Under the pieces are notes generated by a model that saw only the letters and a program-made list of their open reading frames with translations, did no database searches and was not told the origin of the DNA. DNA of 64,000 bases from assembly GCA_034004025.1 (NCBI GenBank), contig JAVEXM010000002.1:38083-102082 (forward strand), read 5' to 3'. Below, in pieces: positions 1-8,414 of this stretch. This DNA comes from Bacteroidales bacterium (GTDB lineage: Bacteria; Bacteroidota; Bacteroidia; Bacteroidales; VadinHA17). Positions within the stretch are counted from its first letter, which is position 1. Each line of letters starts with the position of its first letter. The position numbers and the translations under genes are program-made.

Positions 1-1
1 C

Positions 2-217
2 AAGGGCCAGGTAAATGACGAGCTGATCATCAGAGACCTGACACAACTCTCCGCCAACAGGTTGAAGGCACCGGAAAACTTCAGGATGGCTGAAATCAAG
101 GAGCTGGTGACGCCGCCGAAGAGCAAAAGCCAGGGCAGATACCAGGGCAGGTCACAGGACAAATACCAGGGCAGGTCAGGCAAGCCGGGCAAGAAGAAGC
201 ACAAGAACGGCTATTGA
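2..217 (+). CDS. 3' end of an unidentified protein-coding gene entering from the left window edge (basic Gln/Gly/Arg/Lys-rich tail)
   Basis: Frame is open from the window edge to TGA at 215-217. It translates ...LIIRDLTQLSANRLKAPENF...QGRYQGRSQDKYQGRSGKPGKKKHKNGY*. It is absent from the ORF track because it has no start in the window. Family not recognised. Confidence 0.35.
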   Translation, partial: KGQVNDELIIRDLTQLSANRLKAPENFRMAEIKELVTPPKSKSQGRYQGRSQDKYQGRSGKPGKKKHKNGY

Positions 218-238
218 ATTCATCAAACCACCACGGGC

Positions 239-622
239 ATGACAATCACAAACGTTACCACATATGACGCACCCCTGCCGGGAGGTCACTATTCGCAGGC
301 TGTCGTCGCAGGCAACCTGATCCTCGTCTCCGGTCAGCTGCCGATGGTTCCCCTCACCGGGGAGAAGAACAGAGGCGGGCCGGGCGACCAGACACTGCAG
401 GCGCTCAAAAATGTGCTCAGCATTGTGAAGGCTGCCGGCGGTGATATCACCACCGTAGCCAGGACCACCATCTATACCACGGATGTGAAGCACTGGGAGG
501 AGATCAACAGGGTCTATGCCGATTTTTTCGGCTCCGTGCACCCGGCAAGGTCCATTATCACGGTAGCTGACCTCCATCACGGATTTCTTGTAGAGATAGA
601 AGCAGTGGCATTCGTGAAGTAG
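239..622 (+). CDS. ridA: RidA/YjgF family reactive-intermediate deaminase
   Basis: 127 aa with typical RidA length and motifs (GHYSQAVVAGNLILVSGQLP, TTIYTTD, ARSIITVADL...VEIEA). Confidence 0.9.
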   Translation: MTITNVTTYDAPLPGGHYSQAVVAGNLILVSGQLPMVPLTGEKNRGGPGDQTLQALKNVLSIVKAAGGDITTVARTTIYTTDVKHWEEINRVYADFFGSVHPARSIITVADLHHGFLVEIEAVAFVK

Positions 623-692
623 TTTGCCACTTTGTCAGTTTTTTCATTATGGCCGGCATTTTGCTAAGGAGGCTGTAGTTAATTTTTTTATC

Positions 693-1283
693 ATGGTAAA
701 AAAGAAGAGTCACGAAGAGAGGCATGACGAAGGCATGCATGCAGATGAAACAATAACCAACCAGGCAGCAGCAGATACGGAGACCCCGGGGCAGGCTGCG
801 TCTGCCGGGACGACGGAGTCTGCTGCAGCGAGCACTGCAGAAGAGGAGCTGATGTTAAAACTGACAGAAATGCAGGACAGATACCTCCGGCTGTCAGCTG
901 AATTTGACAACTACAGGAAGCGCACCCTGCGCGAGAAGATTGAGCTCGCTCAGTCCGGCGGCGAGAGGGTGATTGCCAGCCTGCTTCCAATCATCGACGA
1001 CTTTGACAGGGCCATGACCTCAATGCACACCACTGACGACTTCAGGGCGGTGAAAGCGGGGCTGGAGCTGATATACAGCAAGATAAAAGACTTCCTCAGG
1101 CAGAACGGCGTGAAGGAGATCGAGGTCGTCAATGAGCCCTTCAACAGTGACATGCACGAGGCGGTTACCAGTGTCACCGTAGAGGATGAAGCCCTCAGGG
1201 GCAAGATAATAGAGGTCACCCAGAAGGGTTACAGCCTCAATGAGAAGGTGATCCGTTTCCCGAAAGTGGTTGTGGGTGAATAG
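693..1283 (+). CDS. grpE: Nucleotide exchange factor GrpE
   Basis: The LRLSAEFDNYRKRTLREK coiled-coil motif and a C-terminal beta domain are present. I prefer the ATG at 693 (MVKKK...) over the track's upstream start at 624. It sits directly upstream of dnaJ. Confidence 0.9.
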   Translation: MVKKKSHEERHDEGMHADETITNQAAADTETPGQAASAGTTESAAASTAEEELMLKLTEMQDRYLRLSAEFDNYRKRTLREKIELAQSGGERVIASLLPIIDDFDRAMTSMHTTDDFRAVKAGLELIYSKIKDFLRQNGVKEIEVVNEPFNSDMHEAVTSVTVEDEALRGKIIEVTQKGYSLNEKVIRFPKVVVGE

Positions 1284-1305
1284 AAGAATCAGTCATCACT
1301 GAAAG

Positions 1306-2451
1306 ATGTCGAAAAGAGATTATTACGAAGTACTGGGCGTCAGTAAGGGAGCCTCCAAAGATGAGATCAAGAAGGCTTACCGCAAGCAGGCGCTGAAATA
1401 TCATCCTGACAAGAACCCGGGCGACAAGCAGGCCGAGGAAAATTTCAAGGAGGCCGCCGAGGCGTACGAGGTTCTCAGCAACGATGACAAGCGGGCCCGG
1501 TATGACAAGTTCGGGCATGCAGGCATGGGCAACAACATGGGTGGCGGCTTTGGCGGCGGCATGACCATGGAGGATATATTCTCTTCGTTTGGCGACATCT
1601 TCGGCGATGCCTTCGGCGGGGCCTTCGGATCACGGCGCAGCGGCCGTTCACGAGGCGTCAACAAGGGCACAAACCTGAGGCTGAAGGTCAAGCTCACCCT
1701 TGAGGAGTTCGCCCACGGGGCGGAGAAAAGGGTGAAGGTAAACAAGTATGTAACATGCAACACCTGCCATGGTACCGGTGCCGCCTCTGACAGTGATGTG
1801 ACAACCTGCTCTGCCTGCAAGGGAACGGGCCACACTACCAGGGTGATGAACACCATCCTCGGGCAGATGCAGACCAGCGCCCCGTGCAATGTCTGCGGCG
1901 GTGAGGGTAAGGTGATAGCCAAAAAATGCCCGAAGTGCTACGGCGAAGGCATTGTCCAGGCTGAGGAGGTGATACCTCTCTCAATACCTGCCGGGCTGGC
2001 GCCGGGCATGCAACTGTCGGTAAGCGGCAAAGGCAACGCCGCAAGACGCGGCGGCATCAACGGTGACCTGATAGTAGTAATAGAGGAAGAGCCTCACCCC
2101 GAGCTCATACGTGAAGGCAATGACATTATTTATAACCTCTTCATCAGCATTCCCGACGCCATCCTCGGAGCAAATGCCGAGGTGCCGACCATTGAGGGAA
2201 AGGTCAGGATCAAGATCGACCCCGGGACGCAGGGCGGCAAGATACTCAGGCTGAGGGGCAAGGGCCTGCCTGATGTAAACGGGTACGGCAAGGGCGACCT
2301 GCTGGTGAACGTCAACGTATGGATACCCAAAAACCTCACCAGGGAAGAGCAGAAGATAATGGAGGAGTACCGCTCCTCATCCACCTTCACCCCCAGGCCC
2401 GACGCAAACGACAGGGGCTTCTTTGACAGGGTGAAGAACTACTTCTCGTAA
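1306..2451 (+). CDS. dnaJ: Molecular chaperone DnaJ
   Basis: J domain with HPDKNPGD, a G/F-rich linker, and four CxxCxGxG zinc-finger repeats ([32 protein letters not shown]). Confidence 0.97.
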   Translation: MSKRDYYEVLGVSKGASKDEIKKAYRKQALKYHPDKNPGDKQAEENFKEAAEAYEVLSNDDKRARYDKFGHAGMGNNMGGGFGGGMTMEDIFSSFGDIFGDAFGGAFGSRRSGRSRGVNKGTNLRLKVKLTLEEFAHGAEKRVKVNKYVTCNTCHGTGAASDSDVTTCSACKGTGHTTRVMNTILGQMQTSAPCNVCGGEGKVIAKKCPKCYGEGIVQAEEVIPLSIPAGLAPGMQLSVSGKGNAARRGGINGDLIVVIEEEPHPELIREGNDIIYNLFISIPDAILGANAEVPTIEGKVRIKIDPGTQGGKILRLRGKGLPDVNGYGKGDLLVNVNVWIPKNLTREEQKIMEEYRSSSTFTPRPDANDRGFFDRVKNYFS

Positions 2452-2474
2452 CAAATGCCCATGAGGGAACAGAG

Positions 2475-2513
2475 GGTTGATGGCTGACAGAAACAGTGTA
2501 TCAACCTTTTTTT
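2475..2513 (+). terminator. Rho-independent terminator after dnaJ
   Basis: GGTTGAT (2475-2481) pairs with ATCAACC (2500-2506), followed by a T7 run. A TATCTTTG -7-type box at 2515-2522 follows immediately. Confidence 0.6.
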
Positions 2514-2559
2514 ATATCTTTGAAATTCCCGTATCTGCGGGTTAATCGTGGAAAGAACA

Positions 2560-3486
2560 ATGGCATTATTTGAAGCACAAAACGTTACGAAACGCTTTGC
2601 TACCCAGACTGCACTTGACAATGTCAGTATAAGCGTTCCGGAACAGAGCATCTACGGGCTGCTGGGGCCCAACGGTGCCGGTAAGACAACACTGATCCGT
2701 ATCATCAACCAGATCACTGCCCCCGACAGCGGAGCCATCTTCCTCAACGGCCGCCCGATAAGGCCCGATGATGTGCATAACATCGGCTACCTGCCTGAAG
2801 AGCGCGGCCTCTACAAGAAGATGAAGGTTGGAGAACAGGCACTCTACCTGGCTCAGCTAAAGGGCCTCAGCCATGCCGAGGCGATGCGCAGGCTGAAGTA
2901 CTGGTTCAAAAAGATGGAGATAACCGGCTGGTGGGATAAAAAGGTTGAGGAGCTGTCAAAAGGGATGCAGCAGAAGGTACAGTTCATCACCACCGTGCTC
3001 CATGAACCGAAGCTTCTGATCTTTGATGAACCCTTTACCGGCTTTGACCCCATAAACGTCAAGCAGGTAAAGGAAGAGATCCTCTTCCTCCGTGAACGGG
3101 GAGCAACCATCATATTCTCAACCCATAACATGGGCTCGGTGGAAGAACTCTGTGACCACATCACCCTGATCAACAAGGCCAGGACGATACTCGAGGGAAG
3201 CGTGGAGAAGATACGGCGCGACTGGGCTGCAAATGAATTCAACATCATCTTTGACGGGGAGGTGACCCCGGCAGGCAATGGCCACTTCTCCGTTCTGAAC
3301 TCCGTCTTCGAGGCCGGAAAGAGCGCGGTGCGCATCAAAGCCACGGAATCGGGCGACACCAACGAGATCATCAAGGCGATGACCTCCGCCGGTAAGGTTG
3401 TCTCTTTCAACCCCGCCCTGCCATCAATGAACGAGATATTTATCAGGGTTGTGGAAACAAGAAACAGGGAAGCTGCAAAAAACTGA
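2560..3486 (+). CDS. ABC transporter ATP-binding protein (ABC-2/NatA-like)
   Basis: Walker A GPNGAGKTT, signature LSKGMQQK, Walker B LLIFDEP. ATG at 2560 is preferred over the track's GTG at 2548. Confidence 0.9.
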   Translation: MALFEAQNVTKRFATQTALDNVSISVPEQSIYGLLGPNGAGKTTLIRIINQITAPDSGAIFLNGRPIRPDDVHNIGYLPEERGLYKKMKVGEQALYLAQLKGLSHAEAMRRLKYWFKKMEITGWWDKKVEELSKGMQQKVQFITTVLHEPKLLIFDEPFTGFDPINVKQVKEEILFLRERGATIIFSTHNMGSVEELCDHITLINKARTILEGSVEKIRRDWAANEFNIIFDGEVTPAGNGHFSVLNSVFEAGKSAVRIKATESGDTNEIIKAMTSAGKVVSFNPALPSMNEIFIRVVETRNREAAKN

Positions 3487-3489
3487 GCC

Positions 3490-4845
3490 ATGAACAAGAT
3501 ATCACTCATTATCCGCAGGGAATACGTTACCAGGGTTCGCAAGAAGTCGTTCATCATAATGACTCTCCTCACTCCCTTCCTCTTTGCCCTTATCTTCATC
3601 ATCCCCATGCTGGTGATGAGCAACGAGGACAAGAATTTCAAGAAGATTGCAGTCATCGAAGAGGGATCAGACCTCTTTACCAATGTAATTCCTGACACCA
3701 AGGACACCGACTTTGAATATCTCCCGGGTGTGAGGCTGGATGACATAAAGAACAATTTTTCGGAGATGGGCTACTACGGGGTGCTCTATATCTCTCCCCA
3801 GATCGTCACTACCCCTGATGCATTACAGCTGATTTCCAGGAAACAGCCTCCCATAGGCCTCCTGGATCATATCACAGGCTCCCTGGAGAAGGAGATAGAG
3901 AAGCAGAAGCTGCTGGCATACAACATCGAAAACCTCGACGAGATCCTCCGCACCATAAACACCAGCGTCAGGATACAGACCATCAAGATGGATGAGTCGG
4001 GCAGCGCCAGGGAGACCAGCACCGGCATCTCGATGGCACTGGCATATATCGGGGGATTCCTGATGTACATGCTCGTCTTCATGTTTGGCTCAATGGTAAT
4101 GCGCGGTGTCATTGAGGAGAAGACCAACCGTATAGTCGAGGTCATTATCTCATCAGTAAAACCGGTTCAGCTTATGCTTGGCAAGATCATCGGCGTAGCC
4201 CTGGTCGGTCTCACCCAGTTCGCACTCTGGATAGTACTTACCCTGGCCCTGGTGATGGTAGTTAAGTCCAGTTTCCTTCCTGACGGAGCCATGGAACAGA
4301 TGCAGCAGCTGCCACAGAACTTTGCCGGGGCTGATCAGGCGATGGCAGGTGCCGGAACCTCTACCATTTCAGCAGAACAGTTCACCGAGTTCCAGCAGAT
4401 GTTTGCCGGGGCCCTGAACCAGCCCTGGGGTCTGATCATCTTCAGCTTCATCTTCTACTTCCTGACCGGCTATCTCCTATACGCATCGCTTTTTGCAGCC
4501 ATAGGGTCAGCCGTTGACAATGAGACGGAGACGCAGCAATTCATGCTGCCCGTGACCATACCTATCATCCTCGGGCTGATAGTGGCAATGGGCACAATGC
4601 AGAACCCCGAAAGCTCGCTCTCATTCTGGTTTTCAATCATACCCCTCACATCGCCCATTGTCATGATGGCCCGCATACCTTTTGACGTCCCGGCCTGGGA
4701 GATAGTACTGTCAATGGGCCTCATGCTTGTGACAATCGTCGGAGCCGTATGGATGGCAGCGAAGATCTACCGTACCGGGATACTCATGTACGGCAAGAAG
4801 ACATCTTACAAGGAGCTGTGGAAATGGCTGACATACAAAGGATAA
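3490..4845 (+). CDS. ABC-2 family transporter permease (NatB-like, large extracytoplasmic loop after TM1)
   Basis: 451 aa with an N-terminal TM, a roughly 150-aa loop and then five or six TM helices. It starts 4 nt after the ATPase gene. Confidence 0.8.
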   Translation: MNKISLIIRREYVTRVRKKSFIIMTLLTPFLFALIFIIPMLVMSNEDKNFKKIAVIEEGSDLFTNVIPDTKDTDFEYLPGVRLDDIKNNFSEMGYYGVLYISPQIVTTPDALQLISRKQPPIGLLDHITGSLEKEIEKQKLLAYNIENLDEILRTINTSVRIQTIKMDESGSARETSTGISMALAYIGGFLMYMLVFMFGSMVMRGVIEEKTNRIVEVIISSVKPVQLMLGKIIGVALVGLTQFALWIVLTLALVMVVKSSFLPDGAMEQMQQLPQNFAGADQAMAGAGTSTISAEQFTEFQQMFAGALNQPWGLIIFSFIFYFLTGYLLYASLFAAIGSAVDNETETQQFMLPVTIPIILGLIVAMGTMQNPESSLSFWFSIIPLTSPIVMMARIPFDVPAWEIVLSMGLMLVTIVGAVWMAAKIYRTGILMYGKKTSYKELWKWLTYKG

Positions 4846-4857
4846 ACATATACTGAA

Positions 4858-6036
4858 ATGGCAAGGATACTGGTTGTCGACGACGAGAAGTCCATAAGGA
4901 ACACCCTGAAGGATGTACTTGAATATGAGAAGTACGAGGTTGATCTTGCCGAAGAGGGCTCCGCAGGTATAAAAATGTTCTCACAGGAGACCTATGACGT
5001 GGTGCTTTGTGACATTAAGATGGCAAAGATGGATGGTATCGAGGTGCTCCAGAAGATACAGGAGATCTCTGCGGATGTGCCTGTGATAATGATCTCGGGA
5101 CACGGCAACATAGACACGGCTGTGGACTCTATCAAGAAGGGTGCTTTTGACTTCCTTGAGAAGCCGCTTGATCTCAACCGGCTGCTGATAACCATACGCA
5201 ATGCCCTGGAGAGAGGATCGCTGATCAGTCAGACCAAGGTGCTGAAGAAGCAGGTGAGCAAGAGGTTTGAGATTATCGGCGAGTCACCGGCCATCATTGC
5301 TGTCAAGGAGATGATAGACAGGGTGGCGCCCACGGAGGCACGCGTGATCATCACCGGTGCCAACGGTACCGGCAAGGAGCTGGTGGCACACCAGATACAT
5401 GAGAAGAGCAGCCGCTCCAAGGGACCTTTCGTGGAAGTCAACTGTGCCGCCATCCCGTCGGAGCTCATCGAGAGCGAACTGTTCGGCCATGAGAAAGGAT
5501 CATTCACCTCAGCAATCAAACAGCGCATCGGCAAGTTCGAGCAGGCAAGCGGAGGCACCATCTTCCTCGACGAAGTGGGAGACATGAGTCTGGCAGCCCA
5601 GGCCAAGGTCCTCAGGGCACTGCAGGAGAACAAGATCACCCGTGTGGGGTCAGACAAGGATATCCACGTTGATGTAAGGGTAATTGCCGCAACAAACAAG
5701 AATATCAGGGATGAGATCGAACGCAACACCTTCAGGGAGGACCTTTACCACAGGCTGAGCGTCATCCTGATCCATGTCCCTACACTCAATGAGAGAAGCG
5801 ACGACATACCCCTGCTGGCAGAACACTTCAATACCCTCATCTGCGGTGAGTACGGGATGAGCCCGAAGAAGATCACGGCTGACGCCATCAGTGAGTTGCA
5901 GAAGATCTCCTGGACCGGCAATGTAAGGGAGTTCAGAAATGTGCTCGAGAGACTCATCATCCTCTGTCCGGAGGCAATAACAGGCAAGGATGTGATAGCC
6001 TATGCCCATCCTGTCTCAGGCTTCGGTGAGATATGA
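4858..6036 (+). CDS. Sigma-54-dependent response regulator (REC + AAA+ activator domain, no C-terminal HTH)
   Basis: REC domain (VVDDE...DIKM), Walker A GANGTGKE, ELFGHEKGSFTSA loop, GGTIFLDEV, GNVREFRNVLERL. Only about 25 residues follow the AAA+ domain. Confidence 0.85.
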   Translation: MARILVVDDEKSIRNTLKDVLEYEKYEVDLAEEGSAGIKMFSQETYDVVLCDIKMAKMDGIEVLQKIQEISADVPVIMISGHGNIDTAVDSIKKGAFDFLEKPLDLNRLLITIRNALERGSLISQTKVLKKQVSKRFEIIGESPAIIAVKEMIDRVAPTEARVIITGANGTGKELVAHQIHEKSSRSKGPFVEVNCAAIPSELIESELFGHEKGSFTSAIKQRIGKFEQASGGTIFLDEVGDMSLAAQAKVLRALQENKITRVGSDKDIHVDVRVIAATNKNIRDEIERNTFREDLYHRLSVILIHVPTLNERSDDIPLLAEHFNTLICGEYGMSPKKITADAISELQKISWTGNVREFRNVLERLIILCPEAITGKDVIAYAHPVSGFGEI

Positions 6037-8393
6037 AGAGGAGGCCGCCGATAGGGTTCTTTGCCGTGCTGGCTCTCATCCTGGCTATTGTGTCAGGGTG
6101 TGAAGGGAGGGATAAGGAGAGCATTCCCGTCCATTTCAATGACAGCTGGTATTTCATCAGGCAGGACTCTGCCAGCATAGATCAGATCCTGCCGGGCAAT
6201 ATTCCCAACCACAAGTGGGAAGAGGTATCGCTGCCCCATACAGCGTTTACTGAGCCGCTAACGGTAACGGGCAGGCAGTGGACCGGTACCTGCTGGTACA
6301 AAAAGATCTACAGGGCAGAGCGCCGCCAGCGCAATAAACATACCGGTCTTCTCTTTGATGGTGCAATGCATGATGCCATTGTCTACCTCAACGGTGCCGA
6401 GATAACGCGTCACAGCGGAGGGTATCTCCCCTTTTACGTCGATCTTTCCCGCGATCTGCAGTACGGCAAGGAGAACGAGATTCTTGTCAGGCTTGACAAC
6501 AGGGAGAATCCTCACATCCCCCCCGGCAAGCCTCTTGATCAGCTCGATTTCCTGTGGTACAGCGGGCTCTACCGCAATGTGAGCCTCTATGTGACAGACA
6601 GGCTGCACATCACCGCCCCGCCGGAGTCGCATGCCTTTCTTGGCGGCGGCATCATCACCGGGTCACGTGACATTAGCCGTGAGGCAGCCACGATCACCGT
6701 CTCCGTCCAGGTGCGCAATGATGACAACATACCGCGCTCGTTCTGGCTGAAGAATACGCTTCTTGATGCCGCCGGCCTCGAGACCGCCTCTTCACGCTCC
6801 GGCCTTACAGAGCTCGAGCCCGGGCAGAGCATAAGGCTGATGACGAAGATGATTGTGATGCATCCCGCCCTATGGTCGCCTGACAAGCCCTTCCTCTATA
6901 CCCTTGTTACCGATCTGCTGTCAGAAAAGGGAGTGACCGACAGGCGTGAGACGCGTACCGGTATCAGGACTGTAAGGATCACCCCGGAGCAGGGATTGCT
7001 TATCAACGGTGAGCCTGTCACCCCGACCGGCACCAACCGTCATCAGGAGTACCCTTACATCGGCTACGCCCTGTCAGACAACGCGAGCTACCGTGATGCC
7101 TTCAAGATCAAAGAGGCAGGGTTCAATCTCGTACGCTCTTCACATTACCCGCCCTCGCCTGCTTTTCTGGATGCATGCGACGAGATCGGACTGATGGTTA
7201 TTGACGCCATCCCCGGATGGCAGTTCCTGGGAGACTCCCTCTTCCGCCAGGCATCGATATGGAACACGCGCATGATGTGCCGCCGCGACCGCAACCATCC
7301 TTCGGTAATAATGTGGGAGGCCTCGCTTAATGAGACGGTGATGCCGCCGGACTTCCTCACGGCTCTGCACGAGACGGTGAAGGAAGAGCTCCCTTACGGC
7401 AATAACTATACATGCAGCTGGATGGATGCCATCAGTGATATCTTCATACCGGCACGTCAGCATGCCTCCGCACCCGACTGGTGGAAGGGTTACGGCAGGC
7501 AAAAACCGATCTTCATTGCCGAATACGGCGACTGGGAATACTATATGGGTGATGCCGCTCTCAGCCAGGCCGGCGGAGGTGACTCCCTGTCCGCTGCGAC
7601 AAGCTCACGGCAGCCGCGCGGTGCCGGAGACCGCGCCCTGATGCAGCAGGCACGGAACTTCCAGGAGGCACACAATGACAACCTGTACGGACCCTGTTTC
7701 GGCGACGCCAACTGGCTGATGTTCGACTACAACCGGGGATCTGCACCTGATATTGAGACCTCGGGGGTCATGGACATCTTCAGGATCCCGAAGTTCGCCT
7801 ACTGGTTCTACCGCAGCCAGGCGGAGGAGGGTCCCCTCTGTTTCATAGCCCATCATAACCTCCCCACATCAGGCACCACCGTCACGGTGTACAGCAATGC
7901 CGACACGGTGAGACTGTTTCAGAATGACTCGCTGATAGCCGTTCAGGCTCCTGACAGCGATCGTAACTCATTGAACCTGAGACATCCGCCCTTCACCTTC
8001 ACTCTTCCCGCGTATCTTCCCGGCACCATCAGTGCTTCGGCATCAAGAAACGGAACCGAGATAGCCTCTCACAGTGTCGCCACCCCCGGTTCTCCGTCGG
8101 CATTGAGGCTCACGGCCGATTTCAGCAACAAGCCCCTGCAGGCCGACGGTGCCGATGCCGTCTTCGTTTATGCCTCCATCGTTGACTCAGCAGGCAACCC
8201 TGTCCATGACGGCAGCCTGCCGGTGCAGTTCTCGGTAAGAGGTGATGCCGAGCTTATAGGTGACAACCCGGTGATGGCTGAGGCCGGCATAGCATCGATC
8301 CTCCTCAGGGCCGGCACTCATCCCGGAAGGTTGATGATCAGGGCCGCCGCCGAAGGAGTGGCCGTGGCCGAGATAATGACTGAGACGAAGTAA
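6033..8393 (+). CDS. Glycoside hydrolase family 2 lipoprotein (beta-galactosidase/beta-glucuronidase-like)
   Basis: Lipobox LAIVSGC, a GH2 sugar-binding region, the WEASLNE acid/base motif and FIAEYGDWEY nucleophile region. The start ATGA overlaps the upstream stop. Confidence 0.85.
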   Translation: MKRRPPIGFFAVLALILAIVSGCEGRDKESIPVHFNDSWYFIRQDSASIDQILPGNIPNHKWEEVSLPHTAFTEPLTVTGRQWTGTCWYKKIYRAERRQRNKHTGLLFDGAMHDAIVYLNGAEITRHSGGYLPFYVDLSRDLQYGKENEILVRLDNRENPHIPPGKPLDQLDFLWYSGLYRNVSLYVTDRLHITAPPESHAFLGGGIITGSRDISREAATITVSVQVRNDDNIPRSFWLKNTLLDAAGLETASSRSGLTELEPGQSIRLMTKMIVMHPALWSPDKPFLYTLVTDLLSEKGVTDRRETRTGIRTVRITPEQGLLINGEPVTPTGTNRHQEYPYIGYALSDNASYRDAFKIKEAGFNLVRSSHYPPSPAFLDACDEIGLMVIDAIPGWQFLGDSLFRQASIWNTRMMCRRDRNHPSVIMWEASLNETVMPPDFLTALHETVKEELPYGNNYTCSWMDAISDIFIPARQHASAPDWWKGYGRQKPIFIAEYGDWEYYMGDAALSQAGGGDSLSAATSSRQPRGAGDRALMQQARNFQEAHNDNLYGPCFGDANWLMFDYNRGSAPDIETSGVMDIFRIPKFAYWFYRSQAEEGPLCFIAHHNLPTSGTTVTVYSNADTVRLFQNDSLIAVQAPDSDRNSLNLRHPPFTFTLPAYLPGTISASASRNGTEIASHSVATPGSPSALRLTADFSNKPLQADGADAVFVYASIVDSAGNPVHDGSLPVQFSVRGDAELIGDNPVMAEAGIASILLRAGTHPGRLMIRAAAEGVAVAEIMTETK

Positions 8394-8414
8394 GGCAGGA
8401 GAGGAACAGAATCC

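Noticed and set aside
2853-3755. 300-aa minus-strand ORF across the ABC ATPase/permease junction. Similar long shadows occur at 16390-17262, 33713-34435, 38202-39131, 45004-45606, 50884-51522 and 58438-59088.
   Set aside because: Each is antisense to a gene with strong family motifs and has low-complexity or Ser/Arg/His-rich composition. None has a signal or domain I recognise.
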